Part shown: piece after piece, positions 51,681-63,985 of the stretch
How the letters are laid out: each line of letters opens with the position of its first letter
Position numbering within the stretch: position 1 is the first letter of the stretch
Assembly (NCBI GenBank): GCA_964187785.1
Contig: OZ076412.1
Location: 39,928,001 to 39,992,000 of the forward strand
Direction of reading: 5' to 3'
DNA length: 64,000 nucleotides
From: Amphiscolops sp. MND2022
Lineage: Eukaryota
The notes under the pieces: model-generated
Databases searched by the model: none
The model's input: only the letters and a program-made list of their open reading frames with translations
What the model was told of the DNA's origin: nothing
Position numbers and translations under genes: made by a program

Positions 51681-54600
51681 AAGCCAACAATCCCTGTCCT
51701 TCTCAAAATATCATTCCCTAGCACTTGGCATGTTATGTTATTTATTGTTAAGCTTCAATAAAGTTAAGAACCTATGATCAAGGTATAACAACCACTGATC
51801 TCCAGTTTTACTAATGAATCCGGGCACATACCCAGTTTTGTTACATGCCAGATTTACGAATGGCAAAATTTTGTGGAATTTGTGAGTTGACGGAAATGAA
51901 TCAGTCTTTCATGTTGTAATTAATGACTACCACTGAAAACCCTGCTTTATTCAACATCGTTCAATTTGGAAAATTCATCATGAAGAATTGGTTTTGGTCG
52001 CTGATTCCCTATAAACAGCAAAGAGTTGATTTACAGAAGTACCAAAATCGAGTCAAATTCATCGACATGGGTTGAGATGTAATGAAAGCAAACGTGTTGC
52101 GTAGCTGAAGATGATATAGGTATGCGGCCGTGTCTATCGAATTTTTGAGGAGTTTACAGTATTACAATCGTCCAAAACACGTTGAATATTCAATTATACG
52201 TATCAAAAACTCATTTCTACTCAAGTTACAAAAATGGCAGCATTGTTCAAATTGCTGAAGTCATACACCTAATTTTCGTGAGAATTGCCGACGTAATTCT
52301 GATAGCAGACAGGCCTTTTCGCCTCAGCGGTTTGCGATCCAAAAAAACCTTTATGGATTCGAATTATGACAATGGTTGTAATTGTGAACTTACAACCTTG
52401 TAATTGCTTCGCCATAATCACAAGGACTTCACAGGAGTCGCCTCAACTTTTGCGAACGACTGGCCTAACTGTTGGTTGCATAGTTAATGTGCATGAGTAG
52501 TATTCACTGGACTTTGCTTGGGCAATGACCGCAGCAACCCAATTTTCGAAGTGTACAGAAGCCTTGAGGTCATTGAAGACGCTGTCCCGAACCTACTCCA
52601 ATTTCCTATAGTAACCAACCCTCTAACAACAGCGCTCACGAAATTCAACATGAACAAGGTAACACTGAGTTTTATTCGAGGCAACGTTATGTCTCCCACT
52701 TGCAGTGGGTTTATACGCGACCGACGTATAAGCAAGACAACGAATTGCCCTCGTATTCAGAAGTCTGCGGTTTCGTCTTGGGCGCTAACCTGCAGAAATT
52801 TCCAATAGGCATTGCTTATTTGGAAGATGATCATTCTCGGGAGAACAGTTCCAAGGTTTCCAGCTTTCGAAAATCTTCTGCGCAAATGGAACTCTTGCTT
52901 TACCTGCCAGTCAAACTAAATTGCGAAATCTGAGAAAACCAGATGTAAGCTGAATAGTTACCCGCACTTGTAGATGTGGTTGTCCATCAACCCGTCAATG
53001 CAATAGCGCCGCATGAAACGTCCAGTACCTTTCTCACCTCCAATAGTCGTGACAAGGTACGACAAGCTAGTTGTAGCAATAATGCAGATGTTGAAATTTC
53101 AGAAAATATTAGCATCATTCATCAACAGTTGGGCTTGGATGTTGGTGCATTTACATTATATTCGGTTGATACATCGGGAACAGTAGCTAGTGTAGCACCA
53201 TCCTCATACAAAGATGTTTGTTCTAGCTTAGTAATCCCATTTGTAGCCAGTCTTTTGTCTACAACATGGCTGCAACTTCAAGATTTGTCAGTTGTCAAAC
53301 CTCGGATTTAGCATCACGGACCAATGGATGGTGACTGTCTTTTTTCTTCGTTGGCAATCACAGCGACCAAATCTTACTTGCACACTAAGATATGTAATTT
53401 CCTTCCAGTATGCAATATTGCTCATTTTTTGGAGAAATACTTTATTGGCAAATATGGGCGGCTGGAATCTGAAACATGCGCGGATGTCCAAATCCTGCTA
53501 TGGCACGACGTTGTCAGTAATAGCATTTCAAAGCATCCCTATCAGGCTACAGAACCCTTGTCAATGCACGAATTTAAAGAAAAGGTGCAAATAATCAGTG
53601 GAAAGGAGTTGTTGGATTTTCTTAGATGCCAAGAAAAGATGTGCAAACAAACCTAAATTGGGACGATTTAGCCGAGTTTGGCTTTATAAAGCTGTAGCCG
53701 ATTCTCTCAGATCGATACAGAGATATTTTGAAAAAAGAAATTCATTTGGATCCCAAGCTTGAGCTTCATATGGCGAAGCGTGTGTTATTCAGCGAAGGCG
53801 TAGTCAGCCTTATGATATGCAGACGGAACATAAAAACGTATAAAAATTATTGATACTATTTTGGTGAACATACTGTGGGTGATAAAATTTACCGTGTTAT
53901 CATTACATTGTAGGTCAAAGCCAACAATCCCTGTCCTTCTCAAAATATCAGTCCCTAGCACTTGGCATGTTATGTTATTTATTGTTAAGCTTCAATAAAG
54001 TTAAGAACCTATGTTCAAGGTATAACAACCACTGATCTCCAGTTTTACTAATGAATCCGGGCACATACCCAGTTTTGTTTCATGCCAGATTTACGAATGG
54101 CAAAATTTTGTGAAATTTGTGAGTTGACGGAAATGAATCAGTCTTTCAAGTTGTAATTAATGACTGCCACTGCAAACGCTGCTTTATTCAACATCGTTTA
54201 ATTTGGAAAGTTCATCATGAAGAATTGGTTTTGGTCGCTGATTCCCTATAAACAGCAAAGAGTTGATTTACAGAAGTCCCAAAATCGAGTCAAATTCATC
54301 GACATGGGTTGAGATGTAATGAAAGCAAACGTGTTGCGTAGCTGAAGATGATATAGGTATGCGGCCGTGTCTATTGAATTTTTGAGGAGTTTACAGTATT
54401 ACAATCGTCCAAAACACGTTGAATATTCAATTATACGTATCAAAAACTTATTTCTACTCAAGTTACAGAAATGGCAGCATTGTTCAAATTGCTGAAGTCA
54501 TACATCCCAAATTTCGTGAGATTTGCCGCGAATTTCTGATAGCAGACAGGCCTTTACAATCTTCGCCTCAGCGGTTGGCGATCCAAAAAAACCTTTATGG

Positions 54601-56150
54601 ATTCGAATTATGACAGAATGGTTGTAATTGTAAAAATACAATCGTGTAATTTCTTCGCCATAATCACAAGGACTTCACAGGAGTCGCCTCAACTTTTGCG
54701 AACGACTGGCCTAACTGTTGGTTGCATAGTTAATGTACATGAGTAGTATTCACTGGGCTTTGCTTGGGCAATGACCGCAGCAACCCAATTTTCGAAGTGT
54801 ACAGAAGTCTTGAGGTCATTGAAGACGCTGTCCCGAACCTACTCCAATTTCCTATAGTAACTAACCCTCTAACAACAGCCCTCACGAAATTCAACATGAA
54901 CAACGAACACTGAGTTTTATTCGAGGCAACATTATGTCTCCCACTTGCAGTGGGTTTATACGCGACCGACGTATAAGCAAGACAACGAATTGCCCTCGTA
55001 TTCAGAAGTCTGCGGTTTCGTCTTGGGCGCTAACCTGCAGAAATTTCCAATAGGCATTGCTTATTTGGAAGATGATCATTCTCGGGAGAACAGTTCCAAG
55101 GTTTCCATCTTTCGAAAATCTTCTGCGCAAATGGAACTCTTGCTTCAGCTGCCAGTCAAACTAAATTGCGAAATCTGAGAAATCCAGATGTAAGCTGAAT
55201 AGTTACCCGCACTTGTAGATGTGGTTGTCCATCAACCCGTCAATGCAATAGCGCCGTATGAAACGTCCAGTACCTTTCTCACCTCCAATAGTCGTGATAA
55301 GGTACGACAAGCTAGTTGTAGCAATAATGCAGATGTTGAAATTTCAGAAAATATTAGCATCATTCATCAACAGTTGGGCTTGGATGTTGGTGCCTTTACA
55401 TTATATTCGGTTGATACATCGGGAACAGTAGCACCATCCTCATACAAAGATGTTTGTTCTAGCTTAGTAATCCCATTTGTAGCCAGTCTTTTGTCTACAA
55501 CATGGCTGCAACTTCAAGATTTGTCAGTTGTCAAACCTCGGATTTAGCATCACGGACCAATGGATGGTGACTGTCTTTTTTCTTCGTTGGCAATCACAGC
55601 GACCAAATCTTACTTGCACACTAAGATATGTAATTTCCTTCCAGTATGCAATATTGCTCATTTTTTGGAGAAATACTTTATTGGCAAGTATGGGCGGCTG
55701 GAATCTGAAACATGCGCGGATGTCCAAATCCTGCTATGGCACGACGTTGTCAGTAATAGCATTTCAAAGCATCCCTATCAGGCTACAGAGCCCTTGTCAA
55801 TGCACGAATTTAAAGAAAAGGTGCAAATATTCAGTGGAAAGGATTTGTTGGATTTTCTTAGATGCCAAGAAAAGATGTGCAAACAAACCTAAATTGGGAC
55901 GATTTAGCCGAGCTTGGCTTTATAAAGCTGTAGCCGATTCTCTCAGATCGATACAGAGATATTTTGAAAAAAGAAATTCATTTGGATCCCAAGCTTGAGC
56001 TTCATATGGCGAAGCGTGTGTTATTCAGCGAAGGCGTAGTCAGCCTTATGATATGCAGACGGAACATAAAAAAGTATAAAAATTATTGATACTATTTTGG
56101 TGAACATACTGTGGGTGATAAACTTTACCGTGTTATCATTACATTGTAGG
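51676..56150 (+). repeat. Two ~2.24-kb units (core unit plus an ~830-bp module missing from the core)
   Basis: ggtcaaagccaacaatccc at 51676, 53913 and 56149 (periods 2237 and 2236). Confidence 0.93.
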
Positions 56151-57589
56151 TCAAAGCCAACAATCCCTGTCCTTCTCAAAATATCAGTCCCTAGCACTTG
56201 GCATGTTATGTTATTTATTGTTAAGCTTCAATAAAGTTAAGAACCTATGTTCAAGGTATAACAACCACTGATCTCCAGTTTTACTAATGAATCCGGGCAC
56301 ATACCCAGTTTTGTTTCATGCCAGATTTACGAATGGCAAAAGTTTGTGGAATTTGTGAGTTGACGGAAATGAATCAGTCTTTCAAGTTGTAATTAATGAC
56401 TGTCACTGAAAACCCTGCTTTATTCAACATCGTTTAATTTGGAAAGTTCATCATGAAGAATTGGTTTTGGTCGCTGATTCCCTATAAACAGCAAAAAGTT
56501 GATTTACAGAAGTCCCAAAATCGAGTCAACTTCATCGACATGGGTTGAGATGTAATGAAAGCTAACGTGTTGCGTAGCTGAAGATGATATAGGTATGCGG
56601 CCGTGTCTATTGAATTTTTGAGGAGTTTACAGTATTACAATCGTCCAAAACACGTTGAATATTCAATTATACATATCAAAAACTTATTTCTGCTCAAGTT
56701 ACAAAAATGGCAGCATTGTTCAAATTGCTGAAGTCATACATCCCAAATTTCGTGAGATTTGCCGCGAATTTCTGATAGCAGACAGGCCTTTACAAACTTC
56801 GCCTCAGCGGTTGGCGATCCAAAAAAACCTTTATGGATTCGAATTATGACAGAATGGTTGTAATTGTAAAAATACAATCGTGTAATTTCTTCGCCATAAT
56901 CACAAGGACTTCACAGGAGTCGCCTCAACTTTTGCGAACGACTGGCCTAACTGTTGGTTGCATAGTTAATGTACATGAGTAGTATTCACTGGGCTTTGCT
57001 TGGGCAATGACCGCAGCAACCCAATTTTCGAAGTGTACAGAAGTTCTTGAGGTCATTGAAGACGCTGTCCCGAACCTACTCCAATTTCCTATAGTAACTA
57101 ACCCCCTAACAACAGCCCTCACGAAATTCAACATGAACAACGAACACTGAGTTTTATTCAAGTCAACATTGTGTCTCCCACCTGCAGTGGGTTTTTTGCG
57201 CGACCGACGTATAAGCAAGACAACGAACTTTTCTTGTGTTCAGAAGTCTGCGGTTTCTTTTCGGGCGCTATCCTGCTGAAATTTTCAAATTTTCAAGAGA
57301 CATTGCTAATTTGGACGATGATCCATTCTCGAGAAAACTTCAATGTTCCAGCTTTTGGAAATCTGCGATATAGGCAATCTCGCTTCACAGGGTAGTCAAA
57401 ACCAATGGCAAAAGCTCAGAAAAGATGTGACACGAATCGTTGACTATGTGAATGACAACGGTGGGTGGAATGTAACAGGATATTTTAAAAGTGGCCTGTC
57501 GGATATTTATGATAGATTGCCTTATAGATAGCCTAATTGTTGTGATGAACTTATTAAATAGCATCGGCTGTTCAAGAAGTCTTTTCAGA

Positions 57590-58010
57590 ATAGTCGTTAA
57601 AACGACCGTCCGTCAAGATGGGTGCATCTCGAACAAATTCAACTTCAACTAACCCGGCGAAGAAAGAGGAAGGTAGTAATCACCTGGTCGAATGCACAGG
57701 GCCCGGAGTGGATGGGAGGAGCGGCTGCGTCATCTGGACCAACATCTGGGTACCAATGTTGATCCCCAAAAATGTCTTCTCTAGACCTTTCCACTGTGGT
57801 TTCTGTGCCGTAGAAGAGCTCAAAAAGATCCAATGTTCTGCTGCTGAAGACCTGTCTCCTGTCATCGAGGCTGACAGCATAGAATATTGACGCAGGAAAA
57901 ATGTCCGGATCTTCGGTGTGAAGGATCCAGGCGAGGACGTCTTCGCACAGGTGGTTAGTGTGGCGGAGAAAGCAGGTGTGTCAATAACAATAAAAAAATC
58001 TGAGAAATGC
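57590..58010 (+). mobile_element. 5' fragment of a non-LTR retrotransposon ORF1 (PHD-like plus RRM start) embedded in the array
   Basis: ATG at 57618 gives ...VEC...GCVIW...RPFHCGFC (degenerate PHD-like), then EADSIEY*RRKNVRIFGVKDPGEDVFAQV, resembling the EQY.RR.N.RI.G motif of LINE ORF1 proteins. It has one in-frame stop and is truncated at ~58000. Confidence 0.6.
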
Positions 58011-59927
58011 TGTGACATGAGTCGCTGACTATGTGAATGAGAACGGTGGCTGGAATGTACCAGGATATTTTAAAAGTGGCCTGTCGGATATTTATAATAC
58101 ATTGTTATAGTGTCCAGCTAATGAGAATAATTTGCCCAAAAATTCAAAAACATTTCATGTCTTAGCATCGCTAGCGAAGGTTGAAACACCCCGATTTGTT
58201 TGGCATGGCCAATATCCGGAACCAATACTCTGGTGGAGCGATTGATATTTTCGAGAATCAAGGTTAATTGGCCAAGCATTGGCCCCCATAGGGATAGAAT
58301 CTTTGCCAAACGTGGCATGGCATGTCACTGAACAATTTATGTAAGGAAAAAATTCAATGAAAGTTTGAAAGTCAAACCAGGCGAAATAGAAATCCTGCTA
58401 TGGCACGACGTTGTCAGTAATAGCATTTCAAAGCATCCCTATCAGGCTACAGAGCCCTTGTCAATGCACGAATTTAAAGAAGAGGTGCAAATAATCAGTG
58501 GAGACGTGTTGGATTTTCTTATACGCCAAGAAAAGATGTGCAAACAAACCTAAATTGAGACAATTTAGCTGAGTTTGGCTGTATAAAGCTGTAGCCGATT
58601 CTGTCAGAGCGATACAGAGATATTTTGAAAAAAATTCATTTGGATCCCAAGCTGGAGCTTCATATGGCGGAGCGTGAGTTATTCAGCGAAGGTGTGGACA
58701 GCATTATGATATGCAGACGGAACATAAGTACAAAAATTATTGAGATGCTATTTCGGTGAACATACTGTGGGTTCTCTCGTAGTCTTTTGTTACTTTTACA
58801 GTTTTTAGCAATTTAAGCAAAACCAGTGAAAGTGCAGCAGTGTTTTGTTATTGTTCGTTTGGATACGCGAAGTTTATGTTGATACTGAATATTGTTTTAG
58901 TTATTTTTAAATCATGGTAAACATGGTGCCTATGAGAACGTCAATTTTATTTCAAGCCTAACCAAACTTAACAAAAACTTTTCTCAACCATGATATCTCC
59001 CTGAATCAGCGTAGGCGTTTTCGTTGCCGATGTAAAATTGTTGAGTGTAACGATGGTATTTGCAAATCCAATGAATGATGTAATCAGGTGTAACAGCGGT
59101 TGATGGGAAATGTGTTTTTAAATGAAAAATGTCCGAAATTCCAGCTCTTCCAAATTCTTGCATTTCCAAATTTATGGGTGTTGTAACAGCCGTAGCAAAA
59201 CAAAAATGCACCTCTATGTTCTGTCAAAAATAGTTAATAGTTTTTAAGTGCATTGACGCTTTTATCAACTTCGCTGTTTGTGATGCCTAATGAAAGTTTC
59301 CTGATGAATTCAATCGTTAGTTTTTGCAGTGGATATTCGATACATCCCCTGAAGGTTCTGTCACCCCTCTTTGATGGTGGTTTTGAAATACTTTTGGACT
59401 GCTTTGAAACGTTGCTGTGGTCGTTTATCAACCCTCAATGTTCCATGCAGCATGCTGATAGTCTCCTTTATAATATTCGACAGCCATGAGTTAAAAACGT
59501 CAACTTTTCCCGTGTTATCATTACATTAGGTCAAAGCCAACAATCCCTGTCCTTTTCAAAACATCACTCCCTCTCATATCGCATGTTACATTGTTAAGCT
59601 TTAATAATATTAAGAACCTATGTTCAATGTATAAAACCAGTGATCTCTCGTTTTACTAATGCATTCGAGCACATATCCAATTTTGAACCAGGCAAGAATT
59701 GCGAATGGCAAAAATCACAACTTTTCTGTGAAACTTGACAGTTGACAGAAATGAATCAGTCTTCTATGTTGTATTAAATGACTACCATTGAAAACCCTTG
59801 CTTCATTCAACATAGTTTAATTTGGAAAGTTCATCATGAAGAATTGGTTTTGGTCGCTGATTCCCTTTAAACAGCAAAGTTGATTTACAGAAGTCCCAAA
59901 ATCGAGTCAAATTCAACGACATGGATG

Positions 59928-59943
59928 TCTCTCTCTCTCTCTC
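59928..59943. repeat. (TC)8 microsatellite at an array rearrangement junction
   Basis: atgg-atg-tctctctctctctctc-attgttatag: one module stops here and another starts. Confidence 0.9.
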
Positions 59944-61039
59944 ATTGTTATAGTGTCAAGCTAAGGGAAAATATTTGACCAAAAATTCAAAACCATTTCT
60001 TCATGTCTTAGCATCGCTAGCGAATGTTGAAAGACTTACCTGAAGGTTTTGTTTGGCATGGCCAAATAGCCGGAACCAACACTCTGGTGAAGAGATTAAA
60101 ATGTTCGAGAATCAAGGTTAATTGGCCAAGCATTGGCCACATAGGGATAGAATCTTTGCCAAACGTGGCTTGGCATGTCACTGAACAATTTATATAAGGA
60201 AAAAATTCAATGAAAGTTTGAAAGTCTAACCAGGCGAAATGGAAATCCTGCTATGGCACGACGTTGTCAGTTATAGCATTCCAAAGCATACGTATCAGGC
60301 TACAGAGCCCTTGTCAATACACGAACTTAAAGAAGAGGTGCGAAAAATTCAGTGGAGAGTTGTTGGATTTTCTTATATGACAAGAAAAGATGCGCAAACA
60401 AACCTGATTTGAGACGATTTAGATGAGTTTGGTTTTATAAAGCTGTAGCCGATTCTGTCAAAGCGATACAGAGATATTTTGAAAAATGAAATTCATTTGA
60501 ATCCCAAGCTGGAGCTTCATATGGCGAAGCGTGTGTTATTCAGCGATGGTGTAGACAGCCTTATGATATGCAGACGGAACATAAAAAAGAAGAACATATA
60601 TTGAGATACTATTTTGGTGAACATACTGTGGGTGGTGAATTTTACCGTGTTATCATTACATTAGGTCAAAGCCAACAATCCCTGTCCTTCTCAAAATATC
60701 ACTTCCTCTCACTCCGCATGTTATGTAATTTATTGTTAAGCTTCAATAATGTTTAGAGCCTATGTTCAATGTATAACAACCACTGATCTCCACTTTTACT
60801 AATGCATCTGGGCACATGTCCAGTTTTGTTTCATGCAAGATTTACGAAAGGCAAAATCAGAAATTTTGAGGAATTTTTGAGTTGACGGAAATGAATCAGT
60901 CTTTTATGTTGTAATAAATGACTACCATTGAAAACCCTTGCTTAATTCATCATCGTTTAATTTGGAAAGTTCATCATGAAGAATTAGTTTTGGTCGCTGA
61001 TTCCCTATAAACAGCATAATGATCGCGCAATAATTATTA

Positions 61040-61117
61040 GTCCACATGGCATAGTGGATCAGTCTTTGCCTTCGAACCGGTCTGCGCCAGTTCAAATCTG
61101 CGACAGTTCTGTTTTTT
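61040..61117 (+). pseudogene. Degenerate tRNA-like / SINE-head Pol III unit
   Basis: A-box-like TGGCATAGTGG (61047-61057), B-box-like AGTTCAAATC (61089-61098) and a T-run at ~61112. The acceptor stem is imperfect and I could not assign an anticodon. Confidence 0.35.
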
Positions 61118-61469
61118 GATATCTTTGCTGATTTATTCTCTGACCTTTAATATTGATCAATCACTTTTCTTGACATTAATAACATTGCTCATTTTCATGT
61201 AAAATATTTACCATTCATTGCTCACCATTGTAAACGTTATTACATACGTGTAAACAATCGGTTCAGACCTTTTTGTTGTCCCTTTGGCTTCAAATGCCTA
61301 ATTTGTCGGTTAAAAACCAGCTGATAACCAGTCCCCCATTTCTCATTTCTTGTATCATTTCTTTATCATTCATACCATCAACAAACGTTATCAAACACCG
61401 ATCTGTTGCCTTGAGCCAAGACCCAATTCTCAATAGTTTGAACTCTATCTTTGAGTTCCTTCAATCTTC

Positions 61470-62060
61470 CTCCTTTACATTATATTCGGTTGATACATGG
61501 GGAACAGTAGCTAGTGTAGCACCATCCTCGTACAAAGATGTTTGTTCTACCTTAGTATTCCCATTTGTAGCCAGTCTTTTGTCTACATCATGGCTGCAAC
61601 TTCAAGATTTGTCAGTTGTCAAACATCGGATTTAGCATCACGGACCAAAGGATGGTGACTGTCATTTTTTCTTCGTTGGCGATGGGATCAATCACAGCGA
61701 CCACGTCTTACTTGCGCACTAAGATATGTAATTTCCATCCAGTATGCAATATTTATTGCTCATTTTTTGGAGAATTACTTTATTGGTGAGTCTGGGCGGT
61801 TGGAATCTGAAACATGCGCGGATGTCGATGATTACCTGCAAAAGACAAAAATGAAGCGGGATGGCGTTAACGGAACATGTGTGGAATTGTACGCATTTGC
61901 TCAATTAGCACACGTTGATGTATATGTTTATCAATGTCGATATTCATCGTGTGCGGTTTACAGTTTTGCAGGCGATCGAACGGACGTTGACATGGTGCTA
62001 TTATTGATTGTTAACAATTGGACTGGCAATCATTTTGATGCTTTACGGATGTTAGCAGTT
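61470..62060 (+). pseudogene. OTU-family cysteine protease / deubiquitinase domain (decayed, full span)
   Basis: Cys box DGDC at ~61650, then LRTKICNF, YLQKTKMKRDGVNGTCVELYAFAQLAHVDVYVY and the His box NHFDAL (~62030). It has one TAG and frameshifts near the Cys box. Confidence 0.8.
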
Positions 62061-62199
62061 CAAGATGCAGCAGCACGGTTGTCTCCTGAATCTACTGGTG
62101 GACTGAGATCTGCTCACAAACCTCCAATTATTTTCTCTACTACCAGCGCGTCAAATTCCAAGATTGTCCACTGTTTGATGAATATGAAGATTGTCATGT

Positions 62200-63057
62200 A
62201 TCAAAGGATAATGAATCAGAAGAACCTTATGATGAATTCCGCCGTCAGATGATTGTTGCAAGCGATGGTTCCCGGATGTCGCTGCGACAAATTTGTCTGT
62301 GTCTTCAATCCTAACAGTTCTTTGGGCGAAAGTGATTTGAATGGATACTTCGGTTTCGAAAAAGTTCTTTACAAGAAAAGTGTTTTGAGATAAATTTTCA
62401 TTCTCAAAAATAGACGATAGCAGATTTGTTGGAGATCATGTATGCGGTATGTGTGCGAGAAGTATCCTTTGCGTTGGGCGATTTCGAAAGCCACTGATGT
62501 CAAGCAGAGGAAGTTTGTCCTTTGTGTTTTGATTTCAACAAATTTGAATTAAAAACGCCGTTGATGGAGGTTTGCATGACCGGCAGTGTTGTTTAAACTT
62601 CTGACTGATCATTCTCTGAGTGATGAAGCAGCAACAAATTTGTATATGTATTGTACCTTCTACATTTCGAGTTGGGCAAAGTCAACAGGAATGTTTCATC
62701 GTGTCATTCGTCGTTCAGCAAAAGACCCGGTAATGTTTGATATTACGAAATGCAAATTAAAATTCAGCGAAAAAAATATGTCTTTATGGGGCAAAGATTT
62801 GGAAGGGAATCACACAATATATCATGTCTCATGGTCAACAATATATACAGTTCAACACTAACCTTTCGTCAGAAATTGATGAAATATCACATTTTTGGTA
62901 CAGTGGAATTGACAAAAAGGAAGCTTATCAGCAACTATTGTTTTCTGGTGGAAAACACAATCAATTTGATGTACGAAACAGCTATTTACAGAACATTAGA
63001 AGTCATTTGGAAATGTCTGGGTTGCTAAAAGACTTTCGGAATAGACCCATTACTTAA
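62200..63057 (+). pseudogene. Decayed continuation: acidic linker, Cys/His-rich putative zinc finger and an unknown C-terminal region
   Basis: Frame-hopping translation gives PGCRCDKFVC, HVCGMCARSI and EEVCPLCFDF, then open stretches 62586-62861 and 62824-63057. Confidence 0.4.
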
Positions 63058-63985
63058 ATTGCAGCATTTTCAAGGATGTCACAGCCTTTTTTCGCATCCG
63101 CAGTCGTACTTAGACCTTTTTGGTCTAACACAAAACTTGATAATCACTCAATGTGAGCACCTGACATTTAGAATGAAAACAAAGTGTATCGACATGTCAA
63201 AAGTAGTGATCGAGAGTTTTTCAACAAGCCCTGTTTTTCAGGCAATTTTAATACCGGTGCAGTTTTTACCGGTGCTCATCGGTTCTTGCATTAACGCTCA
63301 CTGACAATGAACATTATGCTTGTGGCTATGAAAAAGCTTTCATATTGAACTTCCGCTTGGTCTTCACACATGTTTATATTTCGATCTCAACAAAGAAAAA
63401 AAATTGATTCAACACCCATTTTTCGTCCGGACGAAATTTGTATTTTCGCCTGTAGACCAACATCACACACTCAGACACAACGCGTGGCCCCACAATACTT
63501 GAAAACACGAGTGCGACTGGTATGAGCGGCTTCAGTGACATTTGACCGGCGATAACACGTTTTCCAAACTAAACTTCCCCTTGGAAGTGCAAATTTCGAA
63601 GTCAATGTCAGGGTTAAAAGTTTTCATCAAAACGTACCCTTTTTCCGTCAAGCACAACTAACATTATCAGAGTTGAGCATATGAGGTCTATACAGGGGTG
63701 CATGGAAAAATTGTTGCCTAAAGCGTTGTCTAACACAATTACCACAATATGTTCACTATAATGTTGGCCCATTTTCTCAAAAAATTCGTGAAATAAACAT
63801 GATTCACCAGTTTCATTCGAGAGGGTAGTTGGACTCTGGATGTATCAGCAAGCCTAATTTTTCCGTGTCTCAGAAACTACCTCCTTACGGTTGAAAATTT
63901 GCACAGCATAGACAACACACAGGTCAAATTAACATACATTTGCAAAGACAGAATCGCTTCGACAGTAGCAAACAAAATTATGAAA

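Larger units (their letters stand above)
20960..61012 (+). repeat. ~40-kb composite tandem array built from decayed mobile-element coding fragments
   Basis: The same sequence modules and ORF fragments recur head to tail throughout. Homology starts at attgttata (~20960) and ends at ccctataaacagca (~61012). Confidence 0.97.

Noticed and set aside
26334-55998. The ~100 repeated 60-150 aa ORFs as a functional tandem gene family
   Set aside because: They overlap in several frames and gain or lose stops and frameshifts between units (e.g. ggaaagGag to ggaaagTag from 31645). The OTU part has an upstream stop and no His box.
63300-63985. Candidate upstream OGFOD1 exons on the minus strand (e.g. LADTSRVQLPSRMKL|GTGAAT near 63810-63855)
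   Set aside because: Weak acceptor, wrong phase for the 20910 acceptor, and no convincing similarity.
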